64,000 nucleotides of DNA from Proteobacteria bacterium UBA6503 (GCA_002436405.1 DJLZ01000001.1:782001-846000), one strand, 5' to 3'; shown: positions 1 to 9,529, numbered from the stretch's first letter. Numbers and translations: made by a program. The notes: generated by a model from the letters alone, not told the origin.

Positions 1-328
1 GGTGAAATTTAAGAACATCCCCACCCGTGAAGACGCTGAGGAATTTCGTGGTACAGCATTGTTTGTCCCTCGTGAGGAATTTCCTGAGCTTGAAGAAGAC
101 GAGCTTTACTACTCTGACCTTGAAGGCATGACTGTGCTGAACCACAAAGGCGATAAGATTGGTAAAGTCGGGAGCGTATTCTCAAACGGGGCGCAGGATG
201 TTTTTACCGTATTCGGTAAAGGGAACGAAGTTTTGTTGCCTTATACTGACGACACTATTGCGACCTCTGACCTTGAGGCCAAAACCATTACACTGACCGA
301 ATTTGCTGATGAGTTCTTCAATCTTTAA
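1..328 (+). CDS. rimM: 16S rRNA processing protein RimM, C-terminal part (5' truncated by window edge)
   Basis: The ORF runs off the window start. PRC-barrel-like C-terminus ('GDKIGKVGSVFSNGAQDVFTV'). Sits in the conserved rimM-trmD-rplS synteny. Confidence 0.8.
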   Translation, partial: VKFKNIPTREDAEEFRGTALFVPREEFPELEEDELYYSDLEGMTVLNHKGDKIGKVGSVFSNGAQDVFTVFGKGNEVLLPYTDDTIATSDLEAKTITLTEFADEFFNL

Positions 329-1013
329 AGCACACATCTTGACGCTGTTCCCTGAATTATTCCCGGGGCCGATGGGCCACTCTATTACGGGCCGTGCACT
401 TAGCGAGGGCAAATGGTCATGTACCGCCACTGATATTCGCGACTTTGCAACCGACAAACGCAAAACCGTTGATGACACTCCGTACGGCGGTGGTGCCGGT
501 ATGGTTATGCGTGCTGATGTTGTGGCAGAGGCTATTGAACACGCCAAAAAAGAAACCCCAAACGCCCCCGTTGTGTTTATGACGCCAACAGGCACACCTT
601 TTAACCAAGGTATGGCCAACCGCTGGGCGGCAGGCGAGGGTGTTATTTTGCTGTGCGGCCACTACGAAGGTATTGACCAACGCGTGCTTGATGCGCTGGT
701 AGATGAAGAAGTTTCAATTGGTGATTATGTGCTGACTGGCGGCGAAATTGCCGTTTACCCTGTGCTTGATGCCACAATTCGCCAGCTGCCTGGTGTGTTG
801 GGGAATGATGAGACCCTTGCCGAAGAGTCATTCTCGCCGGCGCTTGAAGGGCTTTTAGAGTACCCGCATTACACCCGCCCTGAAGAATGGCGCGGCCAAA
901 CTGTGCCTGAGGTTTTAAAGTCAGGCCACCATGCAAAGATTGATGCGTGGCGTAAAGAGCAGTCAATTGCTAAAACTCAGAAGGTTCGCCCTGAACTTTT
1001 GAAGAAAAAATAA
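309..1013 (+). CDS. trmD: tRNA (guanine37-N1)-methyltransferase TrmD
   Basis: N-terminus 'MSSSIFKAHILTLFPELF' is TrmD-like. Start taken at the ATG at 309 (an upstream TTG at 303 is possible), overlapping the rimM stop. Followed by rplS. Confidence 0.9.
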   Translation: MSSSIFKAHILTLFPELFPGPMGHSITGRALSEGKWSCTATDIRDFATDKRKTVDDTPYGGGAGMVMRADVVAEAIEHAKKETPNAPVVFMTPTGTPFNQGMANRWAAGEGVILLCGHYEGIDQRVLDALVDEEVSIGDYVLTGGEIAVYPVLDATIRQLPGVLGNDETLAEESFSPALEGLLEYPHYTRPEEWRGQTVPEVLKSGHHAKIDAWRKEQSIAKTQKVRPELLKKK

Positions 1014-1095
1014 AGCCCCAGACCTTCACAAGGCTTGATTTTTACGTATTCATCATTAGGTTATGTACTGTTGTACCGTAAGGGGCATCAAAAAA

Positions 1096-1120
1096 AGAGC
1101 CGAAAAGGCTCGTTTTTTCC
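1096..1120 (+). terminator. Rho-independent terminator after trmD
   Basis: gagcc-gaaaa-ggctc hairpin followed by TTTTTT. Confidence 0.6.
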
Positions 1121-1283
1121 GTCATAGGCAAAAAATGTTGAAAAAAACCCCTTTGTGGCTTATTTAACACTTTGCAAAACGGATTTTGTCGGTTATAAAC
1201 ACCGAACACGCCCAAAAGGGGCTGGCTTTTTAATAGTGTTTAATGAGCCAAAAGAGATTTAGAAATTCATACCAAACAAGTAG

Positions 1284-1742
1284 GTGGCCACGATGAACAT
1301 CATCGATCAACTGAACAAAGAACAAATTGAAAAGCTGGGCAAAGACATTCCTGAGTTTGGCGCTGGTGATACTCTTCGCGTTCACGTTAAAGTGACAGAA
1401 GGTACCCGTGAGCGTATCCAGGTGTTCGAAGGCATTTGCATCGCCCGCAAAAACAACGGCCTACAATCATCATTCACCGTACGTAAGATTTCTTTCGGTG
1501 AAGGCGTAGAGCGTATTTTCCCACTATACTCACCAACACTTAGCCGTATTGAGCTAGTGCGTCGCGGTGATGTACGTCGTGCGAAACTATACTACCTACG
1601 TGGTCGTACTGGTAAATCAGCTCGTATCGCTGAGAAGAAAACCGACCGTACTGCTAAAGGTACAGTTGAAAAACTTCCAGAAGCTAAGACTGAAGCACCA
1701 GCTGCAACAACCGAGACCAAAAAGGTTGCTGCTGAAGCGTAA
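1284..1742 (+). CDS. rplS: 50S ribosomal protein L19 with a C-terminal Ala/Lys/Glu-rich extension
   Basis: L19 core ('[19 protein letters not shown]...[24 protein letters not shown]'). Position after trmD. ~30 aa low-complexity tail. Confidence 0.92.
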   Translation: MATMNIIDQLNKEQIEKLGKDIPEFGAGDTLRVHVKVTEGTRERIQVFEGICIARKNNGLQSSFTVRKISFGEGVERIFPLYSPTLSRIELVRRGDVRRAKLYYLRGRTGKSARIAEKKTDRTAKGTVEKLPEAKTEAPAATTETKKVAAEA

Positions 1743-1760
1743 GTTTCATCATTTTAAAAA

Positions 1761-1790
1761 GGTCGGTGCAAGCCGGCCTTTTTTGTTTTT
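1761..1790 (+). terminator. Rho-independent terminator after rplS
   Basis: ggtcgg-tgcaag-ccggcc hairpin followed by a T-run. Confidence 0.7.
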
Positions 1791-1868
1791 GTAAGGTGTG
1801 GTAATGTGCTGCTATACTGCTAAGGCTCGTATAAACACGGGCTTACCAAGAAAGGTTTAAAGCTCTAA

Positions 1869-2552
1869 ATGTCATCAAAAGCTACGACGAAATCGTCTCC
1901 AAAAATTCCGGTTCTTCCTGCTGAGTTGGTGTTGCTACCTGGCACCCAAATTATGCTGCGCATGAAGGACGAACAATACAAGAAAATGGTTGATGACTGC
2001 ATCCGTGACGAAATGCCATTCGGTGTGATGTTCTGTAGCGATGCTGACCATCCGTTGGCTACTATTTCTATGGTTGGCTGCCTTGCAAACATCCTTGATT
2101 TTGAAGCTGAAGACGACGGCACCTACGTGACCCGCGTTGAAGGCGGCGAACGCTTTATGGCAAAAGCCATTAGCAAAGCGGACGAAGGCTACTTTTTAGC
2201 TGAATACACGCACCTGCCTGAAGATGTTGATATTGCACTGGACGAAAACCTATTCGATAGCATTCTAAACCTGCTTGAAATCTACTTTGAGCTTCTTGAA
2301 ATGATTGACCCTGAGCTTGTTGAAGAGCTGCCAAACGATCTTTCTCGTTACGACCTTACCTTCCTTGCACTAGACCACATGGCCGTGGGCGATAGTGTGC
2401 GCCAAGAAGGCCTAGAAATGCCATCAGTTAAAGAGCGTGGCCGTTTTTGTATCAAGATTTTGCGCCAAGAGATTGAGCGTCTTAAATTCCTTCTTTCTGC
2501 CTCAGATGACGAGGATGAAGACGAATTTGAAATGCCACAGCGAATGAACTAA
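1869..2552 (+). CDS. Stand-alone Lon protease N-terminal (LON/PUA-like substrate-binding) domain protein
   Basis: 'LPVLPAELVLLPGTQIMLRMKDEQY...' resembles a Lon N-domain. No AAA+ or protease part. Acidic C-terminus. Confidence 0.7.
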   Translation: MSSKATTKSSPKIPVLPAELVLLPGTQIMLRMKDEQYKKMVDDCIRDEMPFGVMFCSDADHPLATISMVGCLANILDFEAEDDGTYVTRVEGGERFMAKAISKADEGYFLAEYTHLPEDVDIALDENLFDSILNLLEIYFELLEMIDPELVEELPNDLSRYDLTFLALDHMAVGDSVRQEGLEMPSVKERGRFCIKILRQEIERLKFLLSASDDEDEDEFEMPQRMN

Positions 2553-2565
2553 TTATAGCTTTTTC

Positions 2566-3381
2566 ATGGACTTAGCTTTCTTAAATACTCTTACAGATGC
2601 CCAGCGCGCCGCGCTTGCAATTCTTGCTGAGGATTTGCAAAACTTTGGCGTATCTGACAGCCTGACCGATACACCTATCGGCCTGAATAATATGGTGAAA
2701 GCGCCAAAGGCCGAGGCGTCACCACAAGCCTCAACACAAGCTTCAACACAAGCGACCCAAGCACCTGCGCAAACCGCAGCGCCAGCAGCTAAGCCAACCC
2801 AATCATCATCGCAACCAGCAGCCCAGCAGCGCACCGTTAAGCCTGCGGCTTCAATGCCGACCCCTGCGCCTAAGCACTCAGCAAAGCCATTTGTGCTTGA
2901 TGATTACCTTAAAGTTATTAAAGGCACCTTGCCGTTTACCGTTGTAATGAATGCCACCGATGGCACGAATATATGGTCAGGCGCCGAACAAACCCTATGG
3001 ACCAACATGATGCGTGCCATGGGCTACGAGGCTGAAGTACAGCCTACATTTATGCTTTTAACAGGCGATGCGGCTGATGATGTGCCGCTGGCCTCAAACC
3101 ATGAAGCCAGCTTGCTAAGCGGTGTGCTTCAAAAACTTAAAGACCAGCCCATTTTGGTTATGGGGCATCGTGGCTTGCAGCTGTTGTCAGAAGGCAAGGG
3201 AAATGCAGCGTCAGTGCGCCGTGGAGACTGGGAATTAGAAAAAATCAATAATAAGGGTTGTTTTTTCACGTTAGTGGCCACATATCATGCCAACACGTTA
3301 TTACGACAGCCATTCCTAAAAAGACAAACATGGGCTGACTTATTAAGCTTGAAACAAGCATTGAAAGAAGGCACGAAATGA
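2566..3381 (+). CDS. Uracil-DNA glycosylase superfamily (family 4/5-like) protein with a low-complexity N-terminal linker and non-canonical motif A
   Basis: The C-terminal 170 aa align by pattern to UDG family 4: 'ATYHANTLLRQP' corresponds to motif B HPSxLLR. Motif A GEAPG is replaced by 'NATDG'. N-terminal Q/A/S/T/P-rich stretch. Confidence 0.6.
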   Translation: MDLAFLNTLTDAQRAALAILAEDLQNFGVSDSLTDTPIGLNNMVKAPKAEASPQASTQASTQATQAPAQTAAPAAKPTQSSSQPAAQQRTVKPAASMPTPAPKHSAKPFVLDDYLKVIKGTLPFTVVMNATDGTNIWSGAEQTLWTNMMRAMGYEAEVQPTFMLLTGDAADDVPLASNHEASLLSGVLQKLKDQPILVMGHRGLQLLSEGKGNAASVRRGDWELEKINNKGCFFTLVATYHANTLLRQPFLKRQTWADLLSLKQALKEGTK

Positions 3382-5174
3382 TGTTTTTAACAAAGAAGGT
3401 AAGTAGTTTTGCGCTGCTCATCTGCTGCATGGCAGTGGTGACGCTTTCAGCCAGTTACGCTGATGCAAGCCTTCCGAAGAAAAGCAAAGCCGAAGTTGCA
3501 AAGAATGTTCCTAAAATTCTAAGCGATAACGACGTTAACATTTACCGCAAAATGTTTGCCCTACAACGTAAACTCGACCGTGACGGTGTTGTGGCGCTTA
3601 TCCCGAAACTTGACGATAAAGAAATTTTGATGGGCCACTTGGTTGCCGAGCGTATTTTGCACCCACGCACCAAAACCCCATACGCTGATATGCAGGACTG
3701 GTTGAGCAAATACAATGACCACCCGCAATCACGTACCATTTACCGCCTAGCAAACCGCCGTGCTGCGGACGGTGCTACCCACGACCGCCCAGCTATTGGT
3801 CGTGTGAGCAGTATTGCTAAATACTCTGACCCTGACGAAGAGCTAAACTCAATGAAAAGCTCGGGCCGCAGTGCTAAAGCAAGCCGTGCCCGCACACAAA
3901 AGCTCCGTCAGCTGGGTTCATACCGTAAGCAGCGTTACTACAACGCCGCAATCGCCGAATACATGAAGCCTGCAACTCGTAAGCTTTTGGGTGAAGATAC
4001 CTACAACAACGTAACGCTACGTTTGGCGCAGCAGTTGCTAAACGAAGGGTTTTTCCCACGTGCAACAAAGCTCGCCCAGCACGTATTTGATACCAGTGAG
4101 CGCAAGCAACCTGACGCCCTTTGGATTATTGGCTTTGCTGCCTACCAAGACGGCGACCTTGAGCGTGCTGCTGCCACATTCCGCCAAATGGCATACACTG
4201 TGCCGCAGCAAAGTACACAGTATGCCCGTGCTGCTTTTTGGGCTGCCTACAGCTACGACCAGCTAAAGCGTGCTTCGATGGCGCGTGTGTTCTACAACAT
4301 GGCCGCACAGCAGCCATTGTCATACTACGGTATGCTGGCGCACCAACGCATGAACGAAAGCCTGCCATTTACTTGGGATAAACCAAACACTGACCCTAAC
4401 CACATGGTTGAGCTGTTAAAGGACGAAGGCGTGCGCCGTACTATTGCTCTTGTGCAAATTGGCGAACATGACCTTGCTCAAGACGAGCTAAAGTCATCAT
4501 ATAGCCGTATTCCGTATGGTATGGATGAAAGCCTGCTTGCCTTTGCGCTTGAGCTGCAATTGCCAGCCGTTTCTCTAACGCTTGCCCGTAACCTGCACGA
4601 GCGTAACCAAACATACCTGGTAGGTTTGTTCCCTGAACCTCATTGGATGCCACAAGAAGGCTATAAGGTTGATAAAGCTTTGCTATTCTCAATCATCCGC
4701 CAAGAAAGTGCATTCTCGCCTGATGTGAAGTCATACGCGGGGGCACGTGGTTTGATGCAAATTATGCCGAACACTGCACGCCACATCCGTGATATGCAGC
4801 GTAAGCAACGCTTTGCCACAAACGACCTTTACAAGCCATCAATCAACATGTCGCTTGGTCAAGACTACGTTGAACACTTGGCCGAGGTTTTTGACGGTAA
4901 CCTTATTAAGATGATTGCGGCCTACAACGCTGGCCCAGGTAACGTGAATAAATGGAAAGAAAAAGGCCTTCACCAAGAAGAACCTTTGATTTTTGTTGAG
5001 CGTATTCCGTTTGAAGAAACCCGTAAATACGTGATGGCTGTACTTTCAAACCTATGGATTTACCGTACGCATGAGTATGGTGTATCGCCAAGCTTAGCCT
5101 CAATGGCGAAGGGTGTATGGCCGACAGGCGATAAAACCTACGTGATGGCTGGCGCTGCAGGCGAAGCGCACTAG
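3378..5174 (+). CDS. slt: Soluble lytic murein transglycosylase (Slt family) with signal peptide
   Basis: SLT catalytic motif ('SIIRQESAFSPDVKSYAGARGLMQIMP...AAYNAGPGNV'). N-terminal signal peptide. Superhelical N-terminal domain. Confidence 0.88.
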   Translation: MMFLTKKVSSFALLICCMAVVTLSASYADASLPKKSKAEVAKNVPKILSDNDVNIYRKMFALQRKLDRDGVVALIPKLDDKEILMGHLVAERILHPRTKTPYADMQDWLSKYNDHPQSRTIYRLANRRAADGATHDRPAIGRVSSIAKYSDPDEELNSMKSSGRSAKASRARTQKLRQLGSYRKQRYYNAAIAEYMKPATRKLLGEDTYNNVTLRLAQQLLNEGFFPRATKLAQHVFDTSERKQPDALWIIGFAAYQDGDLERAAATFRQMAYTVPQQSTQYARAAFWAAYSYDQLKRASMARVFYNMAAQQPLSYYGMLAHQRMNESLPFTWDKPNTDPNHMVELLKDEGVRRTIALVQIGEHDLAQDELKSSYSRIPYGMDESLLAFALELQLPAVSLTLARNLHERNQTYLVGLFPEPHWMPQEGYKVDKALLFSIIRQESAFSPDVKSYAGARGLMQIMPNTARHIRDMQRKQRFATNDLYKPSINMSLGQDYVEHLAEVFDGNLIKMIAAYNAGPGNVNKWKEKGLHQEEPLIFVERIPFEETRKYVMAVLSNLWIYRTHEYGVSPSLASMAKGVWPTGDKTYVMAGAAGEAH

Positions 5175-5191
5175 TCTGAGTGGGGTTTTAA

Positions 5192-5869
5192 ATGCCAAAA
5201 GTTAATTCAACCAATGCTGATGCCTTCTCGCTGCTCGACTTTAGCTATGAGCAAAGCCTTTTAGGGCAATACAAAGCCATTGTTGGTATTGACGAGGTTG
5301 GCCGAGGCCCATTGGCAGGCCCAGTTACCGCTGCCGCCGTGGTCATTAAAAACCCTGAGCCTTTGCTGATGGTGAATGATTCTAAAACCCTTAGTGCTAA
5401 GAAACGCGATACCCTCTACGATCTTATTTGGCAAAATGCGCACGTTGCTGTAGCACACGCTAGCGTGGCTGAAATTGATAGCCTCAACATTCTACAAGCG
5501 ACCTTTGTTGCCATGTGCCGTGCGGTTGAAAAACTGCAGGTTAAACTAGCTGAAGAAGGCGCAAGCCTTGGTGACTACGCTATTATTGATGGCAATAAAA
5601 TCCCCCAAGAGATGCCTCTACCTGCCGAATGCGTGGTGAAGGGGGATGCTAAAGTCCTTTCAGTGGCGGCGGCTTCAATTATCGCTAAAGTTACCCGTGA
5701 CCGTATTATGGCTAAACTTGCACAAGAGCACCCGCACTTTGGGTGGGAGAGTAACGCAGGTTATGGCTCAAAAATCCATATGGACGCATTAAAAGAACAT
5801 GGCCCAACCCCGTGGCATCGCCACAGTTTTGCGCCAGTGGCGAGTGCCGCAGAGCTACACAATTCATAG
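5192..5869 (+). CDS. rnhB: Ribonuclease HII
   Basis: 'GIDEVGRGPLAGPVTAAAV...DSKTLSAKKR' RNase HII signature. Confidence 0.92.
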   Translation: MPKVNSTNADAFSLLDFSYEQSLLGQYKAIVGIDEVGRGPLAGPVTAAAVVIKNPEPLLMVNDSKTLSAKKRDTLYDLIWQNAHVAVAHASVAEIDSLNILQATFVAMCRAVEKLQVKLAEEGASLGDYAIIDGNKIPQEMPLPAECVVKGDAKVLSVAAASIIAKVTRDRIMAKLAQEHPHFGWESNAGYGSKIHMDALKEHGPTPWHRHSFAPVASAAELHNS

Positions 5870-5880
5870 AAATTAAAAAC

Positions 5881-5914
5881 AAAACCCCCGCACCAAAAGT
5901 GCGGGGGTTTTTTC
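5881..5914. terminator. Bidirectional rho-independent terminator between rnhB and the convergent small-membrane-protein genes
   Basis: aaaa-cccccgcac-caaaa-gtgcggggg-tttttt, flanked by an A-run and a T-run. Confidence 0.75.
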
Positions 5915-5935
5915 GTTATTTATTCGTCTGGTAGC

Positions 5936-6232
5936 TTACTTACCTTTTTTCCGAGCACGCTCGGTCAGGTAAAAGGTTACCAGCAGCGGTACCGAAAGCC
6001 CCACCATAGGGGGGATAAACAGTGCCGCCGGAATGGTGCCCATCATCAGCGGGATAAGAACACCCACTACCGATGCAATCACCACACTGGGGTACAAAAC
6101 GCGGTTGCGCTTGATGCCCAGTTTGGGCCGTTCGTTGATGAAGGCTTTTTCCCACATGACCGAAAAGAACACCGTGAACAGGGTGTTCAAAAGCAGTCCG
6201 CAGGCTAAAGCCCCGATGAAGTATCCCGTCAT
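5936..6232 (-). CDS. Small integral membrane protein (3 predicted TM helices, basic C-terminus), paralog 1 of 3
   Basis: Hydrophobic 98 aa ORF with a C-terminal 'ERARKKGK'. Tandem with two similar ORFs. Confidence 0.55.
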   Translation of the reverse strand: MTGYFIGALACGLLLNTLFTVFFSVMWEKAFINERPKLGIKRNRVLYPSVVIASVVGVLIPLMMGTIPAALFIPPMVGLSVPLLVTFYLTERARKKGK

Positions 6233-6233
6233 A

Positions 6234-6533
6234 CTAGTCCTTCATAAAGACAGAGGCGAAAAGCGAAAGCAGGCTAAACACCGCATAAGCGATGAGCATG
6301 GCCCACATGGGGTACAAAAACAGTGCCCAACCCGTTGCCGATGAAAACATACCGACCACAAGGCCAATAAGTTCAAAAGGCACGGCAATGAAGCACCAAA
6401 GCAGTGCACCAGAGCCGCCAACGGGGCAGGTGCTGCCAATGGTTTCGGCGACGGCCTCAAAGATTGCAGAAATGATGAAGCTGGCCACAATGGCGGCCGC
6501 AACACCCACGAGGAGTATCAGGAAAGAAAGCAT
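6234..6533 (-). CDS. Small integral membrane protein, paralog 2 of 3
   Basis: 99 aa hydrophobic ORF. N-terminus similar to paralog 3 ('VAAAIVASFIISAIFEAVAETIG' vs 'LILAAVCSVVLSIAAEMLLSIGE'). Confidence 0.55.
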   Translation of the reverse strand: MLSFLILLVGVAAAIVASFIISAIFEAVAETIGSTCPVGGSGALLWCFIAVPFELIGLVVGMFSSATGWALFLYPMWAMLIAYAVFSLLSLFASVFMKD

Positions 6534-6536
6534 AAT

Positions 6537-6842
6537 TTAGCCTTTCTTTTTACCGCGCAGCTTCTCAAGAAACCCAAGGGCCGTGAGAATACCAAGAACA
6601 GTCAGCACGCCCAAAAGGGGGCTAAAGAACAGGGCAAAGCCTGTATCTCCGCTGGTGTAAGACATAAAGGTTGAAACCGCACCGCCAACCATGGCAATGG
6701 GCGCCAGAAAGAAGAAGCCGAAGCCACCCCAAACGGCGTGAAGTTCACCAATCGAGAGCAGCATTTCAGCCGCGATTGACAACACAACACTACAAACTGC
6801 AGCCAGGATTAAACCTGCCACAATAGTGAGAACGATAGACAT
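6537..6842 (-). CDS. Small integral membrane protein, paralog 3 of 3
   Basis: 101 aa hydrophobic ORF. C-terminal 'LRGKKKG' resembles paralog 1. Gaps between the three genes are 1-3 nt. Confidence 0.55.
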   Translation of the reverse strand: MSIVLTIVAGLILAAVCSVVLSIAAEMLLSIGELHAVWGGFGFFFLAPIAMVGGAVSTFMSYTSGDTGFALFFSPLLGVLTVLGILTALGFLEKLRGKKKG

Positions 6843-6912
6843 ATAAAGTCCTTAATCTGAAAGGGAGAGAGGAAGATAAATAAAAGTATTCAGAATGTAT
6901 ACATCAGCAGGC

Positions 6913-7986
6913 TTATGCCGTCAACACGCCTGCTTGTTGCAAAACTTTTTTCATCAGCGTTGGTAGCGGCTTTGTATGAAGGTCAGCCACGTTTACCCAT
7001 TCACCCTGTTCGGGGTTAAGGCCATTGGGGGCGGTGATGGTGTGCACCTCAAGGGTTAACTTAAAGTGGGTAAACACATGCACAATAGGGCCGTGGTTTT
7101 GTTGGTCCAAGCCTTTAATATCAATGGGTAGGTCGTCATGCTCCCACCCCGTGTGCGGCACTTCCCAAAGGTGGGCAAGCAGGCCCTTGTTAGGGCGGCG
7201 ACGGAGTAGGATTTGCTGCTTTTCATTAATAATACAGTAAGCAGCGCCATGTTTTTCTGGGCGCTTGGCTTTTGGTTTTTTACGAGGAAGCTCAGCCTCT
7301 AAGCCTTTATCACGTGCGGTACAAAGGTCGTGCAGCGGGCACAGCAAACACTTGGGCGACTTTGGCGTACAAATGGTGGCGCCAAGATCCATCATCGACT
7401 CAGCGTAATCACCAGCACGTTCATTGGGCGTAAGTTTTTCAGCATAGTTGCGGATTTCGGGGCGGCTATCAGGGAGCGGTGTTTCGATGGCAAAAAGGCG
7501 GCTAATAACACGCTCAACGTTGCCGTCTACAACGGTGGCGGCTTCGTTAAAGGCAATCGATGCAATAGCGGCTGACGTATAAGGCCCAATGCCGGGGAGT
7601 TTTTGCAATTCAGCAGCGGTTTTCGGGAAATTTCCGCCGTGGTCTTGAACAACCGCTTGGGCGCACTTATGTAGGTTGCGGGCACGGCTGTAATAGCCTA
7701 AGCCTTGCCATAAATGCAGCACATCTTCGAGTGGGGCATTGGCAAGAGCTTCAACAGAGGGGAACTGAGCCAAAAAGCGCTTATAGTAATCCTTCACGGT
7801 GGCGACAGTTGTTTGCTGAAGCATAATTTCAGCCAGCCAAACAGAGTAGGGTGAACGCCCACGGCGCCATGGTAGGTCACGCTTATGGGTATCAAACCAC
7901 GCCAATAACTGCGCTGAATAATCAGCGGCATTTTTCACCTTAATAGGCGCTTTTTTAGCAGTTTTAGGGCGTTTTAAAGTGGTCAC
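6913..7986 (-). CDS. mutY: A/G-specific adenine DNA glycosylase MutY
   Basis: HhH-GPD plus 4Fe-4S cluster cysteines ('CTPKSPKCLLCPLHDLC'). C-terminal NUDIX-like domain. Confidence 0.92.
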   Translation of the reverse strand: MTTLKRPKTAKKAPIKVKNAADYSAQLLAWFDTHKRDLPWRRGRSPYSVWLAEIMLQQTTVATVKDYYKRFLAQFPSVEALANAPLEDVLHLWQGLGYYSRARNLHKCAQAVVQDHGGNFPKTAAELQKLPGIGPYTSAAIASIAFNEAATVVDGNVERVISRLFAIETPLPDSRPEIRNYAEKLTPNERAGDYAESMMDLGATICTPKSPKCLLCPLHDLCTARDKGLEAELPRKKPKAKRPEKHGAAYCIINEKQQILLRRRPNKGLLAHLWEVPHTGWEHDDLPIDIKGLDQQNHGPIVHVFTHFKLTLEVHTITAPNGLNPEQGEWVNVADLHTKPLPTLMKKVLQQAGVLTA

Positions 7987-8086
7987 AGTTGGTTAGGTAA
8001 TCTCGTGGTTGTATACGTTTTTGCCCTTTACTTTTAACTTAAAAATGCTATGGTTTAAACACAAATTCTCAAGAGGTGTCGCACAC

Positions 8087-8533
8087 ATGAAAACCCTAAG
8101 CCGCAGTTTGCATAAGCTTTTGAAGCCTTTGGCTTCAGCGCAAGGGTTTGCTGATGCCCGTATTCTAAGTAGCTGGCGCCAAATCGTAGGCGATGAGTTT
8201 TACCAGCACGCCCAACCCCAACAGCTTAAAAATGGTGTTCTGACAGTTTCAGTATGTCATGGGGCGGTTGCTATGCAGCTGCAACATATGGCACCTATGA
8301 TTATTGAGCGTATTAACCGTTACTTTGGTTTTGCCGCCGTTAAGGGGATTCGCCCTCAGCAAACGTATTTTGATATGGAGCCTCCAAAAACACGCACAAA
8401 TATTGTGCCTGATGCAGGGGCTGAAACCCGTGCCGAAGCGCAAGTACAAGGCGTTAAAGATGATAGCCTGCGCGAAGCTTTGAAAAAATTAGGGGCCCAA
8501 GTGGAAACGCGCCACTCGAACCCAACCACATAA
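8087..8533 (+). CDS. dciA: DUF721/DciA-like protein (DnaC/DnaI-antecedent helicase-loader family)
   Basis: The conserved alphaproteobacterial DUF721 gene sits divergent from mutY. Start moved to the ATG at 8087, which has an AAGAGG RBS (the long ORF starts at 8009). Confidence 0.7.
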   Translation: MKTLSRSLHKLLKPLASAQGFADARILSSWRQIVGDEFYQHAQPQQLKNGVLTVSVCHGAVAMQLQHMAPMIIERINRYFGFAAVKGIRPQQTYFDMEPPKTRTNIVPDAGAETRAEAQVQGVKDDSLREALKKLGAQVETRHSNPTT

Positions 8534-8565
8534 GTATATAGAACCGAGAATAAGGAAAACTAAGA

Positions 8566-9210
8566 ATGAAAAACCTTGGCCTAAAAATTTCAACATTCAT
8601 GATGCTGGCTGCACTTGTGGCTTCACCTGCGTTTGCGGGTATTTCACAAGCTGATGACGCTGCCAAAAGCCCACTAGACATTCAAGAAAACGAGCTTGTA
8701 CTTGGTGACGCTGATGCCCCTGTAACAATTATTGAGTATGCCTCGATGACATGTGGCCACTGCGCACACTTCCACAACGACACTTTTGGCCAAATTAAAG
8801 AAAACTACATCGAGACTGGCAAAGTTAAGTTTGTTCTACGTAGCTTGCCATGGGATGGCCTAGCTGCTGCCGTAACTAAAATTATGCACTGCGCCCCTGA
8901 TGACGGTTACTACAACTTTGCAGACGCTTACTTTAGCACTCAGCAAACTTGGACTCGCTCAGATGATCCAGTAGCTGAACTGAAGAAAATTGCCCGCCTT
9001 GGCGGTATGGACGGTGAAGCTGTAGACGCTTGCATAATGAACCAAGAAGTTCAAAAACGCGTGCTAGACGATAAAGCCACTGCACTTGAGACATTGAACA
9101 TCCGTTCAACACCTACATTCTACATCAACAAAAAGATTGTAGTTGCAGGTGCTCAGCCTTACGAAGTAATGAAAGAAAAAATCGAGCAGGCCCTAAAAGA
9201 TGCCAAGTAA
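8566..9210 (+). CDS. Periplasmic thiol:disulfide interchange protein (DsbA-like thioredoxin fold)
   Basis: Signal peptide plus CGHC active site ('SMTCGHCAHF'). Confidence 0.85.
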   Translation: MKNLGLKISTFMMLAALVASPAFAGISQADDAAKSPLDIQENELVLGDADAPVTIIEYASMTCGHCAHFHNDTFGQIKENYIETGKVKFVLRSLPWDGLAAAVTKIMHCAPDDGYYNFADAYFSTQQTWTRSDDPVAELKKIARLGGMDGEAVDACIMNQEVQKRVLDDKATALETLNIRSTPTFYINKKIVVAGAQPYEVMKEKIEQALKDAK

Positions 9211-9529
9211 GAAAAAAGACACTAAAAAAGAACCTAAATCAATGGGTCAGCGTAGCTTTAACAGTGGTTACAGTGTAGGCCTTAACCTGATGTCATGCGT
9301 GATTGTGGGTATGGCGATTGGTTACGGTATTGATGTTTACTTTGATACCAAGCCAGCGTTTTTCCTACTCTTTATGTTTTTGGGGATTGCCGCAGGCTTC
9401 CGTAGCATTTGGTATTTCATGAATGCACAGGCCCCAGCTAAGCCATCATCTAAGGTGGGTGAGGCCGATGGCCATGACCCGGGCGAGGGTGATGCAACGG
9501 CTGATGACGAGAACCAGCAAAGCAATTAA
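9200..9529 (+). CDS. atpI: ATP synthase protein I (AtpI/AtpZ-like F0 accessory membrane protein)
   Basis: Small two-TM protein immediately upstream of atpB ('AtpZ/AtpI' family pattern 'VGLNLMSCVIVGMAIGYGID'). Confidence 0.7.
   Translation: MPSKKKDTKKEPKSMGQRSFNSGYSVGLNLMSCVIVGMAIGYGIDVYFDTKPAFFLLFMFLGIAAGFRSIWYFMNAQAPAKPSSKVGEADGHDPGEGDATADDENQQSN

Noticed and set aside
182-966. Several 60-145 aa antisense or overlapping ORFs inside trmD/rimM (for example 182-619 on the minus strand, 417-680 on the minus strand, 643-966 on the minus strand)
   Set aside because: They lie fully inside well-supported conserved genes on the opposite strand or in another frame. They have no RBS or domain signal. 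This pattern repeats throughout the ORF track and was ignored everywhere.
1014-1283. 270-bp trmD-rplS spacer as a possible ncRNA or tRNA
   Set aside because: It contains a terminator hairpin and A/T-rich promoter-like sequence. No tRNA-like cloverleaf features (T-loop GTTCRA, CCA-proximal acceptor stem) were recognised.
3378-6842. Lytic transglycosylase plus three holin-like small membrane proteins as a cryptic lysis cassette
   Set aside because: The Slt is a long housekeeping-type enzyme with a signal peptide and is separated from the small genes by rnhB. There are no phage structural, integrase or regulatory genes nearby.
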